From positions 169,522 through 233,521 of the forward strand of contig CAZGEA010000001.1 in NCBI GenBank assembly GCA_964524515.1: DNA of 64,000 nucleotides, given 5' to 3'. The stretch is from an uncultured Gammaproteobacteria bacterium (GTDB lineage: Bacteria; Patescibacteriota; Microgenomatia; UBA8517). Every line of letters starts with the position of its first letter. The stretch's first letter is position 1. Below the pieces are notes generated by a model. The model made no database searches. It worked only from the letters and a program-made list of their open reading frames with translations, and had not been told where the DNA came from. Shown here piece after piece: positions 36,014 through 46,600 of the stretch. The translations under genes were made by a program, and so were the position numbers.

Positions 36014-38308
36014 TTAAATCTCCTTTTCTGCTTGGTGGACGATTCCACGAACTCTCGAAACTGCATCTGGATTAACAGATAAACTTGTTATTCCAAAACT
36101 TACCAATTTTTTAACCAAATCATCATAACTTGATGCTGCCTGTCCACAAATTGAAACAGTAACGTTTCTAGCCTGACAATGCTTAATTACTCTCTTTAAA
36201 GCCCACAGAACTGCTTTTGATCTTTCATTGTAGCTTTCAGCAACTTCAGCATTATCACGATCTGTTCCCATCAATAACATCGTCAAATCATTTGATCCAA
36301 CTGATACACCATCAATTCCAACATCCAAAAATTCATCAATCATAATTACATTAATTGGCAATTCAACCATCATCCAAAATTTAAAACTTGCCGATTCAAA
36401 AAGTCCCTCAGTAGCAACAAGTCTTCGCACACGAGCTAATTCTTGTGGTGATCTCACAAATGGAATCATCAAGTGCAAATTATCGTACTCCTCTCGAACT
36501 TTTCTCAAAGCAGTCAATTCCAAATTAAATACTTCAGGCTGCTTTATATATCTAAATGCTCCACGAAAACCCATCAAAGGATTTGGCTCTTCAGGTTCCC
36601 ATGCTTTACCACCCTGAAGTGATCTATATTCATTAGTTTTAAAATCAGTAGCTCGATAAACCACAGGTCTTGGATAAAAATTCTTTGCAAAAGTTTTCAT
36701 ATTTGATGCCAATTTACGCACAAACTCATCCTGAGTTTTATTTTTAATTGCCTCCTTAGGATGAATTCCAATGTTTGCAATCATAAATTCAGCACGCAAT
36801 AATCCAACTCCATCAACATTCATATCCGATACTTTTGAAGCTAATTCAGGCTCAGCCAAATTAACATATATTTTAGTTGCAGTTTTCAAATGTGCACTCT
36901 TCTCATCCATCGCTTTTTCACTAGCCTTATCTTCTTTTGTAACTTTAACTGCTGATCCCATAAAAATCTGTCCCTTCTTGCCATCAACAGTAATTATTTG
37001 ATCTTCTTTAAGTAAGGCTGTTGCATTTTTTGTACCAACTACACAAGGCACTCCAAGTTCACGAGAAACAATTGCAGCATGTGATGTCTGACCTCCTTCA
37101 TCAGTTACAATTCCGGCAGCTTTTTTCATAGCAGGAACATAATCAGGTGAAGTCATTTTTGCAACCAATATATCTCCATGTCCCACTTTTCCAATCTGTG
37201 CAGGAGAATGTACAATTCTCACTCTTCCAGTTCCAATTCCAGGAGATGCAGCACTTCCCATCAAAATTGGTGTCGTCAAAGTTGAAATATCTTCATTTCC
37301 TAATTTTTTTGTAGTTTTACCAACCACTCCACCATCTTTTGAACCCATTGTGGTAACTGGTCTTGTCTGTACTATATAAATTTTTCCATTATCACGTGCC
37401 CACTCAACATCTTGTGGAAAATAATAATGCTCTTGTAGTCTCTGTCCAATTTTTGCAAGTACTGTAATCTCATCGTTCGATAATTTTTGAGTATCTCTTT
37501 GCTTAACTGGCACTGCAATTTCTTCAGTTACTCCACCTTTTTTAGTTAATTGAATACTTTGATCAGAAACTTCCTTTGAAAGTATTGAAAAAGTATCTTT
37601 TTGAACTACATAATGATCAGGAACAACTGATCCTTGCACCATCATTTCTCCAAGCCCCCAAACAGCCTCAATAATAATCTGTTCTTTATCATTTGTAACT
37701 GGATTAATCGTAAACATAACACCAGATACTTCAGACTGAACCATTTTTTGAACTATTACACTAATTTTCACTTTCTCATGAGAAATTTTCTGCTGTACTC
37801 TATAAAAAATAGCACGTTCTGTAAAAAGTGAAGCCCAACATTCACGAACCTTCATCAATAATGTAGTTGCGCCTTTAACATTTAAATACGTAGCCTGTTG
37901 TCCAGCAAAACTCATTCCAGGCAAATCCTCGGCCGTTGCAGAAGATCGAACTGCAACATTTATAGTTGATAAAATTCCAGAAATTTTTCTATATGCTTTT
38001 TCAACTTCGAGTATTACTTCTTTAGGAATTGGAGCTTTAACTATTCTTTGTTGGATTAATCGTGTTGCTTTCCTTAAATTTTCAGTATCATTTACATCTG
38101 TTTCTCGAAGTATTGCATCAATTCCCTGTTTTAAATCATTCTCTTCCAAAAAAAGATCATAAGCTGAAACTGTAATTGCAAACCCTGGTGGAACTGGAAA
38201 CTTAGCCTGGGTCATCTCACCCAAATTAGCTCCTTTTCCTCCAACAGAACCTACATCACCTTTTGAAATATCCTTAAAAAATAATATTAGCGGCAGTTTG
38301 TGACTCAT
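36014..38308 (-). CDS. ppsA: phosphoenolpyruvate synthase (pyruvate, water dikinase)
   Basis: PEP-utilising enzyme domains (GGKGANLGEM, GGQTSHAAIVSRELGVPCVVG phospho-His region, C-terminal TIM barrel). Start taken at MSHKL (38308) so it does not overlap the next gene. Confidence 0.8.
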   Translation of the reverse strand: MSHKLPLILFFKDISKGDVGSVGGKGANLGEMTQAKFPVPPGFAITVSAYDLFLEENDLKQGIDAILRETDVNDTENLRKATRLIQQRIVKAPIPKEVILEVEKAYRKISGILSTINVAVRSSATAEDLPGMSFAGQQATYLNVKGATTLLMKVRECWASLFTERAIFYRVQQKISHEKVKISVIVQKMVQSEVSGVMFTINPVTNDKEQIIIEAVWGLGEMMVQGSVVPDHYVVQKDTFSILSKEVSDQSIQLTKKGGVTEEIAVPVKQRDTQKLSNDEITVLAKIGQRLQEHYYFPQDVEWARDNGKIYIVQTRPVTTMGSKDGGVVGKTTKKLGNEDISTLTTPILMGSAASPGIGTGRVRIVHSPAQIGKVGHGDILVAKMTSPDYVPAMKKAAGIVTDEGGQTSHAAIVSRELGVPCVVGTKNATALLKEDQIITVDGKKGQIFMGSAVKVTKEDKASEKAMDEKSAHLKTATKIYVNLAEPELASKVSDMNVDGVGLLRAEFMIANIGIHPKEAIKNKTQDEFVRKLASNMKTFAKNFYPRPVVYRATDFKTNEYRSLQGGKAWEPEEPNPLMGFRGAFRYIKQPEVFNLELTALRKVREEYDNLHLMIPFVRSPQELARVRRLVATEGLFESASFKFWMMVELPINVIMIDEFLDVGIDGVSVGSNDLTMLLMGTDRDNAEVAESYNERSKAVLWALKRVIKHCQARNVTVSICGQAASSYDDLVKKLVSFGITSLSVNPDAVSRVRGIVHQAEKEI

Positions 38309-38333
38309 TAATTTAAATATACAGTATTTATAG

Positions 38334-39401
38334 TTAGTGTGAAAGCTTGGACTTAAAAGTATCAACCCAAGGAATAACAGATGGATCAACATCAGACAAA
38401 TAAGCCAAATAATAACTTAAATATGATCCAAATATAATTAATTCTAAAACTTCAGCCAATCGCACACTTGAGCGTGTTGTATATGAAATATGTTTATATT
38501 CCTGCTTTCTAAAAATCTCACTCAATACTTCATATCTTCTTTTTATTTTCTGAAAATAATTAGGGGACTCGATTGTAAACAATATCGATGACAATTTAAT
38601 ATCCCGAGGAAGTGTTAGCCCTTCCAATAAATGATGATTTGATTCAGGAACTTCAAACAAATTAGAAAATGTTTTCGAACATTCATTTAATTGATTTTTA
38701 AATGTATATGAAGCACCTATTAAATGTTCACTTGCAAAAATAATAAAAAACTTTCCGTAAGTTTGTTCTGCAATTCTTTTAGCAAAATTGTGAACTGTTG
38801 AGCTTTGTGGATCAAACTCTTGAATATATTTTCTTGATTCCGCGTTAGCACTTTCCAATTGAACTTTTGGAAAATTAATAACACCACACGCATCAAGTAA
38901 TAATCCAACTGAAGCAATTGCATAACCTGTTCCCATTCTAGGTTGTCCAGACGGATTTTCTGATGGATTAAAAATATACGCTGGTATATTTTGTTCATGA
39001 AATTGAGCAAGGCGTCCCCCAGTTGTAATAATAAATATCTTTGCGTTTGCAAGCCTCGCATGTTCCATTGATGAAATCGTCTCCTCAGTGTCTCCTGAAT
39101 ATGAATAAGAAACAAATAATGTTTTTTGATTAACATAATTTGGAATTGAATAATCATTAATTATCTCAACTGGCACTCTAGTGGAGCCTGTAGTAAGTGA
39201 TTTAATCGTTCGCGCACCAAGCGCTGATCCACCCATTCCTGAAATAACAACATTTTCAATATCACTATAGTCTGGGGGAATATGAATCTCACTAAATTCG
39301 CGTACTGTTTGAGTTATTTGATTATTAAATGAAGAAATAGAGTCCAAAATTCGCCCTTTATCGTATTTTTTAATATCAGCCACATTATCAAGCGATTTCA
39401 T
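38334..39401 (-). CDS. bifunctional phosphoglucose/phosphomannose isomerase (SIS domain)
   Basis: SIS motif ISGMGGSALGA. 355 aa. Confidence 0.6.
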   Translation of the reverse strand: MKSLDNVADIKKYDKGRILDSISSFNNQITQTVREFSEIHIPPDYSDIENVVISGMGGSALGARTIKSLTTGSTRVPVEIINDYSIPNYVNQKTLFVSYSYSGDTEETISSMEHARLANAKIFIITTGGRLAQFHEQNIPAYIFNPSENPSGQPRMGTGYAIASVGLLLDACGVINFPKVQLESANAESRKYIQEFDPQSSTVHNFAKRIAEQTYGKFFIIFASEHLIGASYTFKNQLNECSKTFSNLFEVPESNHHLLEGLTLPRDIKLSSILFTIESPNYFQKIKRRYEVLSEIFRKQEYKHISYTTRSSVRLAEVLELIIFGSYLSYYLAYLSDVDPSVIPWVDTFKSKLSH

Positions 39402-39404
39402 ATT

Positions 39405-40820
39405 CTATTCAAATGCATGTATGTTTACTCCTTGAGACCAATCAATTTCACTATGTTTTTTAAGTATCTCACTTACTTTATATTTAAGGTTATCATATTG
39501 GTCCTGTGTTCTTCCTTCAAATTTAATAGTAATGTATGGCCCATTTTGACTAGCTCTAATTATTACCATTTCATCATCTGTGTCGGCTCTAAATCCATCA
39601 ATATCAGTATAATTAGCATTAGTAAAAATACTTTTTATATCTCCAGAAATCACATTTTTTATAAAATCAAACTTAATATCATCAGCAAGCCCTAATTTTA
39701 TTTCTGGGCTTGAAATATAAACTGGCAATTGATCAACAACATCTTTCAAACTTTTACCAGTTCTCTTCAAATAAGCCAATAATCTCAAAGTAGAAAATGC
39801 ACCATCATCATGACCATAAAAATTATCCATAAAGAAAAAATGTCCAGATAACTCTCCACCAAATGGAGCTCTTTGTTCTTTTACTTTAGATTTAATAAAA
39901 CTATGCCCGGTTAACCACATAACTGGTTTACCTCCATCTCTAACTATAGTGTCACTTACAACTTTCGAACAAAGTGCATTAAAAATAATTGGACTCTCAG
40001 GCAAATAATGCAAAATATCGCTAGAAAAAATTGAGACCAATAAATCATTCCATAACAATCGCCCTTGTGAATCAACCACTCCAACTCGGTCTCCATCAGA
40101 ATCATAAGTCAAACCCAAATCTGCTTTTTCCTCAAGTACACGCTTTGATAATCTCTCCAAAACACTTTTTTCAGTAGGATCAGGAGTACCAAGTGGAAAT
40201 GTTGGATCCAAATTCGTATTTTGCTCAATTACAGTGCATCCCGCAGTTCTCAATATGTCTGGCAAAAATTTTCCAGTTGTGGCACATGATGAATCAATAA
40301 CAACTCTAAGCCCACAATCGTACATTGGAATCCTTTTGAACAAATCTTTTTTATAATCTTCAAATATATCTTTTTGAATATATTTAGCTTCACGATCAAA
40401 TTTTTTAAACTCCCCACTTTCAGATATTGCCTTTAATTCTTGCATTTCAGATGTAATCAAAGTATCTGAAAATCCATTAGCTAACTTGAGTCCATTATAT
40501 TCACGCGGGTTATGAGATGCTGTAATACAAGCTCCAGCTTTTGATAAAAAATGATATTGAGAAAAATAAACAATCTGAGTAAGTGTTAATCCAATATCCC
40601 AAACATCAATTCCAGATTCCATTAACCCTTTTACGAATGCTTTCTTGTATTCTTCTGAAGTTTCTCGAATATCCTGTCCTACTGTGCATTCATTGATTTG
40701 TCTTCTGTATAAAAATGTAGCAAATGCTTTTCCCAACTGATGATAAACATCAGAATTTAATTGCTTACCCACCAAACCGCGAATGTCATAACCTCGAAAA
40801 ATTGATGGATCTATATTCAT
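39405..40820 (-). CDS. phosphohexomutase (phosphomannomutase/phosphoglucomutase family)
   Basis: Active-site TASHNP and metal-binding DSDGDR. Confidence 0.8.
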   Translation of the reverse strand: MNIDPSIFRGYDIRGLVGKQLNSDVYHQLGKAFATFLYRRQINECTVGQDIRETSEEYKKAFVKGLMESGIDVWDIGLTLTQIVYFSQYHFLSKAGACITASHNPREYNGLKLANGFSDTLITSEMQELKAISESGEFKKFDREAKYIQKDIFEDYKKDLFKRIPMYDCGLRVVIDSSCATTGKFLPDILRTAGCTVIEQNTNLDPTFPLGTPDPTEKSVLERLSKRVLEEKADLGLTYDSDGDRVGVVDSQGRLLWNDLLVSIFSSDILHYLPESPIIFNALCSKVVSDTIVRDGGKPVMWLTGHSFIKSKVKEQRAPFGGELSGHFFFMDNFYGHDDGAFSTLRLLAYLKRTGKSLKDVVDQLPVYISSPEIKLGLADDIKFDFIKNVISGDIKSIFTNANYTDIDGFRADTDDEMVIIRASQNGPYITIKFEGRTQDQYDNLKYKVSEILKKHSEIDWSQGVNIHAFE

Positions 40821-40827
40821 ATTTGCT

Positions 40828-41508
40828 TCATTCTAATGCCCTCACAATAAACAAATCAAGGAGAGTCATCATTTGCCCTCCTCCCATCTTTGAGTTTACA
40901 TCAATATCAGATATTTCCATTAAATAATTTTTAAGTTTCTCTTGATCAAATCTTGCAGCAAGCTTACGAAGTTTAGTAAGCCTCCATGCAGGTAAATTCA
41001 AATCACTATTGGGAATTGTTGACCAGTAAAGATCTCTCAAGTATTTTGCAAATACTGCAAAAACCATTTCAACAGGTTGTGTTTCAATAGTTTGATGCAT
41101 AAACTTCAAACAAACATTTGCGTTTCCCGGGTAAAAACTATCCAAAAAAATAAAGATCGTTTTAGGAATTTCAAATACTTCAATATTGCTATTTTTAGGC
41201 AAATTATTAATCAATTTAGAAGAAGCCACACCATCCTGCCAAAATAAAAGGTTACTATCCAAATTTTTAGGCAAATTAGATAAACTTTCAATATCTTGAG
41301 GTTTTAAACTATTAAAATCATATAAAAGATATAAAGTTTTAACTGAAAATAAAGAATTTGAAGTTGAAACTCTCTGAGATAAAAGTTCAGTCGATTTAGG
41401 CTTTAATTCAACCAAATCCCAATCTCTTTTTTTTAAAGTTTCAATAATTTTATTTAGCCGATTTCGTGAAGCAATACTATCCTCACCATGTACAAGTGTA
41501 ACTTTCAT
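40828..41508 (-). CDS. holA: DNA polymerase III delta subunit-like protein
   Basis: Length and N-terminal pattern are compatible with a short HolA. Weak. Confidence 0.4.
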   Translation of the reverse strand: MKVTLVHGEDSIASRNRLNKIIETLKKRDWDLVELKPKSTELLSQRVSTSNSLFSVKTLYLLYDFNSLKPQDIESLSNLPKNLDSNLLFWQDGVASSKLINNLPKNSNIEVFEIPKTIFIFLDSFYPGNANVCLKFMHQTIETQPVEMVFAVFAKYLRDLYWSTIPNSDLNLPAWRLTKLRKLAARFDQEKLKNYLMEISDIDVNSKMGGGQMMTLLDLFIVRALE

Positions 41509-41514
41509 TTTATA

Positions 41515-41910
41515 TTATGACTGATCATACGCTCGAATCAAACTTTTCAAAGTATCATGAAAATTCCCTTTTCCATGTTTATGGGGTGCCAAACTTCCAG
41601 AAAAGTTTTTAGGGATATGGGCAATCTCATGAAGCAAAATTTTATCCTGTTCCTTTTGAGGCAATTTATCAAATTTTTCAGATATAACTTCAATTACGTA
41701 TGCAGGCTCAATACCATATGCAATTTGCCAAACTTTAGAAAAACCCCAAATCCTAGCATACGCTCTAGTGTTTGCATTAATTGATCGAAGAGTTTTAATT
41801 CTTTCAAGATTTACCCACAAAATTTCAGTTCTTTCAACCAAATATTCAATTCTCTCGAGTATGTCTGGGGCAAGGGTCCATTCAATTTTTCCTTTTTTTG
41901 CTCTTGTCAT
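41515..41910 (-). CDS. predicted HExxH zinc metallopeptidase (SprT/Wss1-like small protein)
   Basis: LLHEIAH motif plus a downstream His. Its stop overlaps the ruvC start. Confidence 0.45.
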   Translation of the reverse strand: MTRAKKGKIEWTLAPDILERIEYLVERTEILWVNLERIKTLRSINANTRAYARIWGFSKVWQIAYGIEPAYVIEVISEKFDKLPQKEQDKILLHEIAHIPKNFSGSLAPHKHGKGNFHDTLKSLIRAYDQS

Positions 41911-42410
41911 ACTTTAACCACAAGATCATTCGTAAAAATATGGCACAAAGCGATAGCCAAGGCATCAGCAGCATTATCAAAATGTGTTTTTTTATGAGCC
42001 TCGCTTTTAACTTTTGCACCTAAAAATTTCCGAACATGAACTTGAACCATCTTTTTATCAGCTCTTCCATTTCCGGTCAATACTTTTTTAATTGTGCCAG
42101 GTGCATATTCAACAACGGGAATGTTCATGTGTGCAGCGGTAAGCATTATCACGCCTTGTGCCTGCCCCACTGCAATTGCAGTTTTAACATTTGAAGAAAA
42201 AAATACTTTTTCAATTACCAGTACATCAGGTTTGTAAGTTTCCAAAATTTTAATCAAATCCCGATAAATAAAAGAAAGCCTAACAGGATGAAGGTCTGTT
42301 TTTTTGGTTTCTATAAGCCCCCACTTCATAACATTGTAGATTTTATCTTCAAGTCTAAGTATTCCAAAGCCAGTGGTGGCAGTACCAGGATCAATTCCTA
42401 AAATAATCAC
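41907..42410 (-). CDS. ruvC: crossover junction endodeoxyribonuclease RuvC
   Basis: N-terminal ILGIDPGTATTG, catalytic acidic residues and 167 aa. Confidence 0.85.
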   Translation of the reverse strand: MIILGIDPGTATTGFGILRLEDKIYNVMKWGLIETKKTDLHPVRLSFIYRDLIKILETYKPDVLVIEKVFFSSNVKTAIAVGQAQGVIMLTAAHMNIPVVEYAPGTIKKVLTGNGRADKKMVQVHVRKFLGAKVKSEAHKKTHFDNAADALAIALCHIFTNDLVVKV

Positions 42411-42445
42411 AGAGTCATTCTAGTTGTATTAGTTACAAATTACCA

Positions 42446-43066
42446 TTACCTTTTTTTATAAATCAAAATATCTTGAGCTATTGAAGAATACTTAAGTGAA
42501 ACAACTTCCTCCATCGAATTCACAATTTGATCTCCTATTTCTTGTTTATTTCGATCAAACCCAATTCCATGAATTGTTATATTTAAACAGTTTAATTTCT
42601 GATCAGTAGTAAAATCCATCCCATATTTACTATATTGCTCGTATAAACTTCTATAAATTTCTTCTTCAGAAATCGATTGCTCTAAAAAAGGAGAAAAATA
42701 ATTAAGTGCTAAATAATAGATCTTGGGAGATCTGATACTATCACAAATTATATCAATCATATGAGGTTTAACCTTAGATTCGACAATAATCTTACTGGCA
42801 AATTCCAAATTTTGAGCTGTTGTTGCCGATTTTTCCTCCAAAATTATTTTTGATGAAATCTCGGGATTAAGCTCAAGTATGTAATTTTTAATAGATCGAG
42901 CTTCGGATAATTCGATCTGAGGAGCTGTAAAGCCACCACATATAATCACCATACCTAATTCTTGAGCTTGCTGAATGACTTCAATTGCTTTATCAAGATA
43001 ATCTTTATATTTGTGATTAGATTTTTCAAAAATTCCATAACCCAATATAACTACAATTTTATTCAT
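42446..43066 (-). CDS. DUF218 / YdcF-like protein
   Basis: N-terminal KIVVILGYG and overall length fit the family. Confidence 0.4.
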   Translation of the reverse strand: MNKIVVILGYGIFEKSNHKYKDYLDKAIEVIQQAQELGMVIICGGFTAPQIELSEARSIKNYILELNPEISSKIILEEKSATTAQNLEFASKIIVESKVKPHMIDIICDSIRSPKIYYLALNYFSPFLEQSISEEEIYRSLYEQYSKYGMDFTTDQKLNCLNITIHGIGFDRNKQEIGDQIVNSMEEVVSLKYSSIAQDILIYKKR

Positions 43067-43098
43067 TAATTAGTGAAGTATAACATCGAAGATTGTTT

Positions 43099-43169
43099 TT
43101 AGAACGGCAAGATTTTATGTGAGTGTTTTTACGGCTTGTCGTAATATTCCCAGCTGCTTGCCGTTCTAA
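43099..43169 (-). other. 13-bp perfect inverted repeat (TTAGAACGGCAAG ... CTTGCCGTTCTAA) enclosing a 45-nt structured loop, in the 5' leader of the DUF218 gene
   Basis: Read from sequence. It is preceded on the minus strand by a TGTTATAAT -10-like box and by two 13-bp direct repeats ATCAAGCTCTGCT at 43234-43246 and 43264-43276. Confidence 0.3.
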
Positions 43170-43264
43170 TAGTCTTTATAAATCGCTTTGATTTCTCTAA
43201 GACATGAGTATTATAACACAATTTGAGGCTAAAATCAAGCTCTGCTTATTTTTCGAAGATACTA

Positions 43265-43648
43265 TCAAGCTCTGCTAATAGATCTTGATCGAATGGAGTC
43301 AATTTCACGAGCACTTTTTTCTCTTATAAAATAAAGCTTAGCTTTTCTAGTTCCTTTAGTATAATTTTTAACAACTTCAATCTTTTCAATACTTGGAGTC
43401 ATCAATGGAAAAATCTGTTCAATTCCAATCTTTTGCTCACCAATCCGTCTTACTGTGAAGCTTTTTCCTGTATCTCGGCCTTTAATAGCAATAACAGTTC
43501 CCTCAAAAACTTGAGTTCTCATTTTCTCTCCATCTTTGATCTTAAGAGATACTTTTATAACATCTCCAATACCGAAGGTTACATTGTTATGAATTGCAGT
43601 TAAAGCCATATGAAGCTGTATTATACTAAATATCTTGAGTTTCAACAA
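43265..43648 (-). CDS. rplS: 50S ribosomal protein L19
   Basis: FGIGDVIKV...FEGTVIAIKGR...FTVRRI...RKAKLYFIRE. The TTG at 43648 lies 16 nt after the dnaE stop. An internal ATG at 43609 (MALTA) would give the typical 114 aa. Confidence 0.85.
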   Translation of the reverse strand: MLKLKIFSIIQLHMALTAIHNNVTFGIGDVIKVSLKIKDGEKMRTQVFEGTVIAIKGRDTGKSFTVRRIGEQKIGIEQIFPLMTPSIEKIEVVKNYTKGTRKAKLYFIREKSAREIDSIRSRSISRA

Positions 43649-43664
43649 GATTTAACCCAAAAGC

Positions 43665-46600
43665 CTAAGATGAGGCCAAAAGTGATGAAATCTGATGTCC
43701 CAAGTTATCATTCCATAAAATTCCAAATTTAAGTGGAATTGTTCTATTTTCTCCTTCAAAGCTCAAAACTACTTGCTGATTCCCTGGACTATTTTGCAAA
43801 AGTTGCTTTAATTCTTTAAGTTTTTCAACTGATGTTCCTTTTGGAATATTCAAAAAAACTTCTCTTTTGGTATTTATTGCGCTCTCAACAGTATCCACTG
43901 ATTCAACCAAAAAATTCTTTTCATCATCACGATTTTCAATTTTTCCCGTTAACAGAAGCGGCATCATATTTACAAACAAATGCTCAGTTGTAGCGTAAAG
44001 CTTTGGAAAAACTACACAAGAAAGCGTTCCAGTTCCATCTTCAACTTTACAAAAAGCCATTTTAGCAGCTGTCTTTTTAGTTACCACACTTCGAGTTTCA
44101 GTAACAACACACGCAATTTTAATAAGTTCCGGGTAATCATCAGTTTCCAATAAATCTCCAATTTTAATAGTGCCATAGGCAGACAAAACTCCAATGCTCT
44201 CCGATATTGGCTTTGCAGACAGTGAAAAACCAAGTAACTCACGCTCTAAATTTTCAATCTCGCTATCCGGCATCTCTGGAACATCAGAAACTATTGTATA
44301 AACTGTCTCGCTTGCCGCTTCCTGTTCATCATTGATTAATCCAAACAAATCCTGCTGTGCTGTAGCCTCTTTAGGCTTCACTCGCGATCTAATCTCATCA
44401 ATAGCTGCCAACAAAGCTGCACGATTCCCAAAACGAGTTAAAGCCCCAACTTTAATCAAACTCTCAAGAACTTTTTTATTAACTTTCCTTCCCTCAACTC
44501 TACCCAAAAAATCAGCAATTGATAAAAATACTCCAAGCTCTCGAGCTTCCAATATAGATTCAATTGCAGCTTGACCCACATTTTTAATGGCAGATAATCC
44601 AAATCGAATTGCCAATCCATCAAGTGAATCCTCGTTCTCTACAATAGTAAAATCAGTATCGCTTTCATTTATATCAGGAGTCAAAACTTTTATTCCCAAT
44701 CTCCTGCATTCATTAACTCCTTCTGATATTTTCTCAGTATCCCCTGATTCACAAGACAAAAGTGCAGTCATATACTCATGTGGATAATTAGCCTTCATGT
44801 AAGCTGTGTAATAAGCCACCATTCCATATGAAGCTGCGTGTGCCTTATTGAATCCATAGCTTTGAAACGGCTCAAATAAAAGCCATAAATTATCAGCAAA
44901 CTTTTGAGTTTGACCATTGGCCACAATTCCTTTAGTAAATTTATCTTTTTGAGCAGCCATTTCTTCAGGAATTTTTTTACCAACTGCTTTTCTAAATTTA
45001 TCCGCTTCCTCCCATGTATACCCAGCCAAATCAAGCGCACAAAACAATAGATCATCTTGATAAACAATTAATCCATAAGATGCCCCCAAAAACTTTTCCA
45101 TTCGAGAATCCAAGTAAGAAATCAAAGCTGGATTATTTTTTCGAGCAATATATTCAGGAATCACAGCCATAGGACCAGGACGATACAATGCAACCATTGC
45201 CATCAAATCTTCTATTTTATTTGGTTTAAGTTCTTTTAAATATCTTGTCATTCCAGATGATGACAATTGAAAAACACCCATGGTATCTCCATGCGAAAGC
45301 ATTTCAAAAGTTTTTGTATCATCAAGAGGAATTTGGTGTAAATCTATTTTTATATCTCTTCGTTTTTTAACAATATCAATAGCAGATCCTAAAATTGATA
45401 AATTCCTAATTCCCAAAATATCAAATTTAATCAGTCCAACATCCTCACACGCATGCATTTCATATTGGGTAACCATTTTCTCTCCATTTGGGCTATCATT
45501 TTGAATTGGAGTGAAATCAGTCAAAGTACTTGGTGCAACCACAACTCCTGCAGCATGAACCGAAAGATGTCTTGCTGACCCCTCAACCGCATGAGCTAAA
45601 TCAATAATTTTTTTAGTATCCCGATCTGCATCATATAATGCTTTAAGCTCAGGGCTTTTCTCAAGAGCAATTGGAATACTCACAGGAAATCCCTGCTTTG
45701 GTGGTGGAACTAATTTTGATATTTTGTCACCAGTTGCATATGGATACCCCAAAACACGAGCCACATCCCGAACAGCAGCCCTAGCCAACATTCTTCCAAA
45801 TGTACAAATCTGCGCCACCTTATCATGCCCATAAGTGCGAGATATGTATTCGATAACTTCTTCACGTCTGGCGTCCGATACGTCAAAATCAATATCAGGT
45901 GGAGTAGGTCTAAAAGGATTCAAAAATCTTTCAAAAGGTAAATAATAAACCAAAGGATTAACTGTTGTAATTCCAAGTAAAAATGAAACAAAACTTCCTG
46001 CAGCTGATCCTCTTGTGTTAGTTATAATTCCTTCAGTATTTGCCCAATTAACCATATCGCAAACTATCAAAAAATATGATGCATATCCTTTTTGATTAAT
46101 AATCCCCAATTCATGTTCAATTCTCTCAATTGCCTGCACGCTCTCCAATCCTCGCTCTTTCATTTTCGAATATGCCAAATCAGTTAGTCTCTGCTCTGCA
46201 GTCACACCTTCAGGCAATTCATATTTAGGAAAAAACCACTTTCCAAGAGTTGATATCACCAAATCACAAGAATCAGCAATCTTTCGGGTATTTGCAATTG
46301 CATCAGGAAAATCAGGAAAAAGTTCTTTCATCTCATCTGCACTTTTTACATAAAAAGTAGGATTATCAACAAATCTAATTCGCTTGGTGTCTGCAACTTG
46401 TTTTCCAGTTGAAACACAAACCAATACATCCTGTGCTGTTGAATCAATTTGATTAATATAATGAGCATCATTGGTAGCAACAAGGGGAATTCCAAGTTCA
46501 CGAGAAAGCTTTACAACTCCCTCATTCATAATTTTTTCAGAGTCCTTCATTTTGGTCAGCTCAGCTGCAATATCAGGATGAATTGCTTGTGGAATAAACT

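Noticed and set aside
36014-38392. Apparent overlap of ppsA with the downstream isomerase gene using the ORF-track start
   Set aside because: The overlap disappears if ppsA starts at the internal ATG (38308), which precedes the conserved N-terminus. It is not a frameshift or fusion.
43067-43264. Possible SRP (4.5S) RNA because of AAGCAGC in the stem
   Set aside because: It lacks the GGAA/AGCA symmetric loops and GNRA tetraloop of SRP domain IV, and its overall length and structure do not fit.
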